Shown here in pieces: positions 29,396 to 32,562 of a stretch of DNA of 32,562 nt. The notes under the pieces are model-generated. The model worked only from the letters and a program-made list of their open reading frames with translations, was not told the DNA's origin and ran no database searches. Made by a program: the position numbers and the translations under genes. This DNA is from an uncultured bacterium (GTDB lineage: Bacteria; SAR324; NAC60-12): the NCBI GenBank assembly GCA_965662235.1, contig CBFIGY010000032.1, positions 1-32,562 of the forward strand, given 5' to 3'. Position 1 is the first letter of the stretch; each line of letters starts with the position of its first letter.

Positions 29396-29426
29396 GAGGC
29401 TCCTGCCAGAAAGTGGTGAAGAACAA

Positions 29427-29993
29427 CTAGGGAGTCAGAGACTTCCAGATCAGGGAAAAGGTTTGCTGGGCACAGGCGTCTACCTCCTGCGGACTCAGCT
29501 GCTGGTCGAGCGCATACTGAATGGTCGCCTCGCACTGGGCAACCACCATCGTGTGAATGAAAAGCGGGTCCAGAGGCGCCAACAGTCCGACCTCAATTCC
29601 CCGACGCAGCAGGCTCAGGCTGCCCTCCTCAATCTGTTCCTGAACCCGCTGACTGACCGCATTTTCCTGCCGAAGCTGCAGCATCAGCTGATGCTGCTCA
29701 GGGTGCTTGCACCCCCACTGAATGTAACTCACGAGAATGAGGCGAAACAGCTCCTCCGAGACGGCCGTGGACTCCAGCGCAAAGTTGATCGACTCCTGAA
29801 CCTGCCCCTTGATCCGCAGGTACACCTCGTCAATCAGTTCATCCTTGGAGGAAAAGTACGTAAACAGCGTTCCCGTGGCGACTCCTGCCGCCTTGGCAAT
29901 GCGGGCTGTAGTGGCCCCCCAGAAGCCTTCTTTGACAAACAACGCTTCAGCAGCATCCAAAAGAGCGTCACGTTTTGAAGGGGCTTCACTCAT
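29427..29993 (-). CDS. TetR/AcrR family transcriptional regulator
   Basis: LLDAAEALF...GF...[26 protein letters not shown]. Confidence 0.95.
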   Translation of the reverse strand: MSEAPSKRDALLDAAEALFVKEGFWGATTARIAKAAGVATGTLFTYFSSKDELIDEVYLRIKGQVQESINFALESTAVSEELFRLILVSYIQWGCKHPEQHQLMLQLRQENAVSQRVQEQIEEGSLSLLRRGIEVGLLAPLDPLFIHTMVVAQCEATIQYALDQQLSPQEVDACAQQTFSLIWKSLTP

Positions 29994-30063
29994 GGTTCAT
30001 TCAGGTTCAACAGGTGTTCGAAAAACAGTAAATCAGCTCCACGGTCGGGCGTCAACTGAAAAA

Positions 30064-30077
30064 TGACTAGTCAGTCA
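30064..30077. promoter_or_regulatory. Candidate TetR operator
   Basis: TGACT-AGTC-AGTCA inverted repeat about 70 bp upstream of the tetR start, in an AT-richer patch. Confidence 0.6.
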
Positions 30078-30152
30078 CTAAGGCGTGAGAGCCGGGCAGG
30101 GACGGGTGGAGGGGGAGCCGGCAGGTCCCCGCACAAGACCCGCGGGGGGCGT

Positions 30153-31292
30153 TCACAGCTCGTTGGCACGGGAAAGCTGGTTGATGGCCTTGGCGACCTT
30201 GGGATCGTCCGACCGCTTCCGGAGCGTTTCCAGGGTGCGGTTGCTGAGGGTGGTCAGGCTTTCTGAGACAGGGGCTCGGCCCCGGCGGATCTGGGCAATG
30301 GTCTGGGTGCAGAGGGAAGCCAGCTGCAGGAGGCAGTTGGTTTCAAAGCCTGCCTGCGGGTTGACGCCCAGGTTGTCCATGTTCTTCTGAGAAAACAGCA
30401 GGGCCTCTTCTAGGAGCTGAGCGGTCTTGTTCGTCAGCTCCGGTTTCTTGAGAAACCGGTTCTGCAGCTGCAGGGTGAAGACCTCTAGGCGCCGGGACTC
30501 CGCCTCATAGAAGTTGAGGAGGAGGGACTGTGGATCGGCTTTGCGGAGGGCGTCTAACAGCAGCCGCTGCTGCTCCTGAAGCAGGGGCAGTCCCATCAAA
30601 AGACGGAGGAGGGTGCTGAGCTCCTGCTGCTGATTGGCGTTGGGTTTGCCACCCAGCGCGACTTCCTTGTACTTGAGCAGAACCGGACCGTTTCCTCCCT
30701 TGGCCTTGAGGAGCTTGGCGAGTTCGCTGATGTAGGACCGCCCATTGCGCAGCTCCCGAAGCTGCTTCTGGGCCCGCTCATCGTTTTCCGACTCATCGGC
30801 CAGACGGGCCTCATCCTCCTTGAGGGCGTCATGGAGGGCAATCAGGAGGAGGGACTGCAGGTGGCTGGCTAGGTAGAGCGAGGACTGCTTGAGCTGAGTG
30901 GGGTCGAGGTTGTTCAGGTGCGCCAGGATCATCGCATCGGAGACCGCTGCCAGGTTGCTCTTGAGGGGGCTGGAGGAAAAGTGCAGGATCAGTTGGGTCC
31001 GGGCGTCGAGGTCCCAGGGATCGCTGTGGAGGGTGCTGGCCAGTGTCAGGGCGTCTCCTCCCAGGGCCTGCGCCAGCCGGGTGCCAAAGGCATCAAGGTC
31101 CCTGGCCGGAGGCAGCTTCCGAGACTTCATGGCCTGGTTCATGCCCTTGAGCGCGCCACTCACCAAGGCGTTCTTCTTGGCGGCCCGCATCTGAGACTGA
31201 GGGCGTTGAAACTGCCGTTTCAGGAGGTCCAGAACCTTGAGCGGCTCCTGGTAGAAGGGAAGGTCTCGAACACGGAGGTCATGAAGCGACAT
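30153..31292 (-). CDS. Hypothetical alpha-helical protein (379 aa)
   Basis: Long ORF with host-like codon usage, Leu/Gln/Lys rich; no motif recognised. Confidence 0.75.
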   Translation of the reverse strand: MSLHDLRVRDLPFYQEPLKVLDLLKRQFQRPQSQMRAAKKNALVSGALKGMNQAMKSRKLPPARDLDAFGTRLAQALGGDALTLASTLHSDPWDLDARTQLILHFSSSPLKSNLAAVSDAMILAHLNNLDPTQLKQSSLYLASHLQSLLLIALHDALKEDEARLADESENDERAQKQLRELRNGRSYISELAKLLKAKGGNGPVLLKYKEVALGGKPNANQQQELSTLLRLLMGLPLLQEQQRLLLDALRKADPQSLLLNFYEAESRRLEVFTLQLQNRFLKKPELTNKTAQLLEEALLFSQKNMDNLGVNPQAGFETNCLLQLASLCTQTIAQIRRGRAPVSESLTTLSNRTLETLRKRSDDPKVAKAINQLSRANEL

Positions 31293-31633
31293 GAGGGCTT
31301 TCTCGGTAACAGGGGGAAGCGCTCCCAGCAGTCGCTGACGACCGCCAGAGGGTGTCGATGGGGTGAGAGCCGGTGGGGACCCTCAGGAACATTTTTCGTC
31401 TTCGTGTGATTTGTAAAATTTCCTATCTTTTTCACGGTAAGCCATCCCTGACACGCAAGCCAGCCAAAAACGGAGGCGGGCCCCGGCCCCAGAACCAGGC
31501 GGGTGCGGGTTTCCATTTCCTCCACCAGCAGAAACCCGTATCCTAAAAGGAGCGTAGCCCGGCGCTTCCCGGGGGCTTGCTTTCGGTGACGGGACCGAGC
31601 CCCATTGATTCCCCTTGAGATCAGGAAAAGACA

Positions 31634-32020
31634 ATGGAATACAGCTTCAATAAAATTGTGGATCTGTCCTTTGAAGAGGCAATTGCTCGGACCACGGCGT
31701 CCTTGCAGGAGCAGGGCTTTGGGGTGCTGACGGAGATTGATGTGACGGCGACGCTGAAGAAGAAGCTCGATGTGGACTTCCGGAACTACCGCATTCTGGG
31801 CGCCTGCAGTCCCACGCATGCCTATCAGGCGCTGCAGGCGGAGAGCCGAATTGGCACGATGCTGCCCTGCAACGTGATTGTGCAGGAGACAGAGGCCGGG
31901 GTGGTGGAAGTGTCGGCGATTGATCCGGTGGTTTCCATGCAGGCCGTCGGCAACGCCAGCCTCGGCGAAGTCGCCAGCGACGTCCAGAGCCGCCTCAAGC
32001 GAGTGGTGGAGAACCTGTAA
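31634..32020 (+). CDS. DUF302 domain protein
   Basis: GFGVLTEIDV.ATLKKKL.VDF..Y.ILGAC.P, IG.MLPCNVIV, VSAIDP. Confidence 0.93.
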   Translation: MEYSFNKIVDLSFEEAIARTTASLQEQGFGVLTEIDVTATLKKKLDVDFRNYRILGACSPTHAYQALQAESRIGTMLPCNVIVQETEAGVVEVSAIDPVVSMQAVGNASLGEVASDVQSRLKRVVENL

Positions 32021-32163
32021 CTGCCCTTTGCCCCTCCCTTCGGCGGAGCGCATCCGGGAAGCCTCACTCGGCCCCTTCAAAGCCGGACAACTCCACCGAC
32101 TCATCAGACTTGGGTCGTGTACTTAGCCTGGTACAAAAGATCATTCTCCGTAACATGAAACGG

Positions 32164-32562
32164 CTATGCACCCAAACCAACGAGCACATCTGCAGGGACC
32201 GCGCTTCGAAGTTCAAACTCGACATTCATGGGTGCGTTGCCTTCTACCCCATTGACATCCACGACACCTAGGTAGATGGCTGTTTGATGGGACGTCGACT
32301 GCACAAAGAGGTGCAGTGTCCGTGCATTCTCCCGGTGATCGAGAATGAGTCTGCCTGATGCATTGTCCTGTCGCTGACGGTTCTGGCTTTGCCAGCAAAA
32401 AGTTTTTGGGCCCTTGAATGAGTTGACGTACTGAAAGGTCTCCTTGGCGCCACTGGTGTCAAGTTTTGTGATGAGGACAATGTCCAGCGGTTGCGGATCC
32501 CCTGCTGTGAAGGTGACCACCCCTACGTTATGGCGAGCTGGGTCATACTGCAGGCCAAAGTG
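32164..32562 (-). CDS. 3' end of a DUF3427-domain protein (5' part outside the window)
   Basis: Frame open to the window edge: HFGLQYDPARHNVGVV...Y.N.F....F.WQSQ...G..I..H......LHLFV.....YLG.......G..PM.V.F.L, the same pattern as the C-terminus of 79-3174. Confidence 0.8.
   Translation of the reverse strand, partial: HFGLQYDPARHNVGVVTFTAGDPQPLDIVLITKLDTSGAKETFQYVNSFKGPKTFCWQSQNRQRQDNASGRLILDHRENARTLHLFVQSTSHQTAIYLGVVDVNGVEGNAPMNVEFELRSAVPADVLVGLGA

Noticed and set aside
1..32562. CRISPR array, rRNA, IS or transposase
   Set aside because: No regularly spaced repeats, rRNA signatures or transposase motifs seen.

Overview
GC-rich bacterial chromosomal segment (style suggests a deltaproteobacterial/SAR324-like lineage; not provable here) with lower-GC defence DNA at both ends. 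Left end (minus strand): a decaying defence operon made of an excisionase-like HTH pseudogene, a truncated C5-cytosine methyltransferase apparently fused by deletion to the tail of a DrmD-like helicase, an intact YhcG/DUF1016 nuclease containing in-frame palindromes, and an intact SauUSI-like PLD-SF2 helicase-DUF3427 protein. Core region: a selenocysteine-containing selD (in-frame TGA plus SECIS hairpin, missed by the ORF track), sdaA, a YdcF protein, 5-formyl-THF cyclo-ligase, a lipoprotein, ahcY and an orphan histidine kinase. Centre: a 10-gene catabolic operon (Liv-type ABC transporter, class III aminotransferase, BKACE, HDAC-family deacetylase, DgcN-like DUF1611 protein, DgcA-like racemase) whose enzyme set fits a beta-lysine/N6-acetyl-beta-lysine or D-amino-acid degradation route. 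Right: TetR-IorAB-like molybdoenzyme-MBL hydrolase operon with a candidate operator, hypothetical genes, DUF302 and the 3' end of a second DUF3427 gene. Rare CTA Leu codons are concentrated in CCTAG context, consistent with a CCWGG 5mC-deamination footprint.
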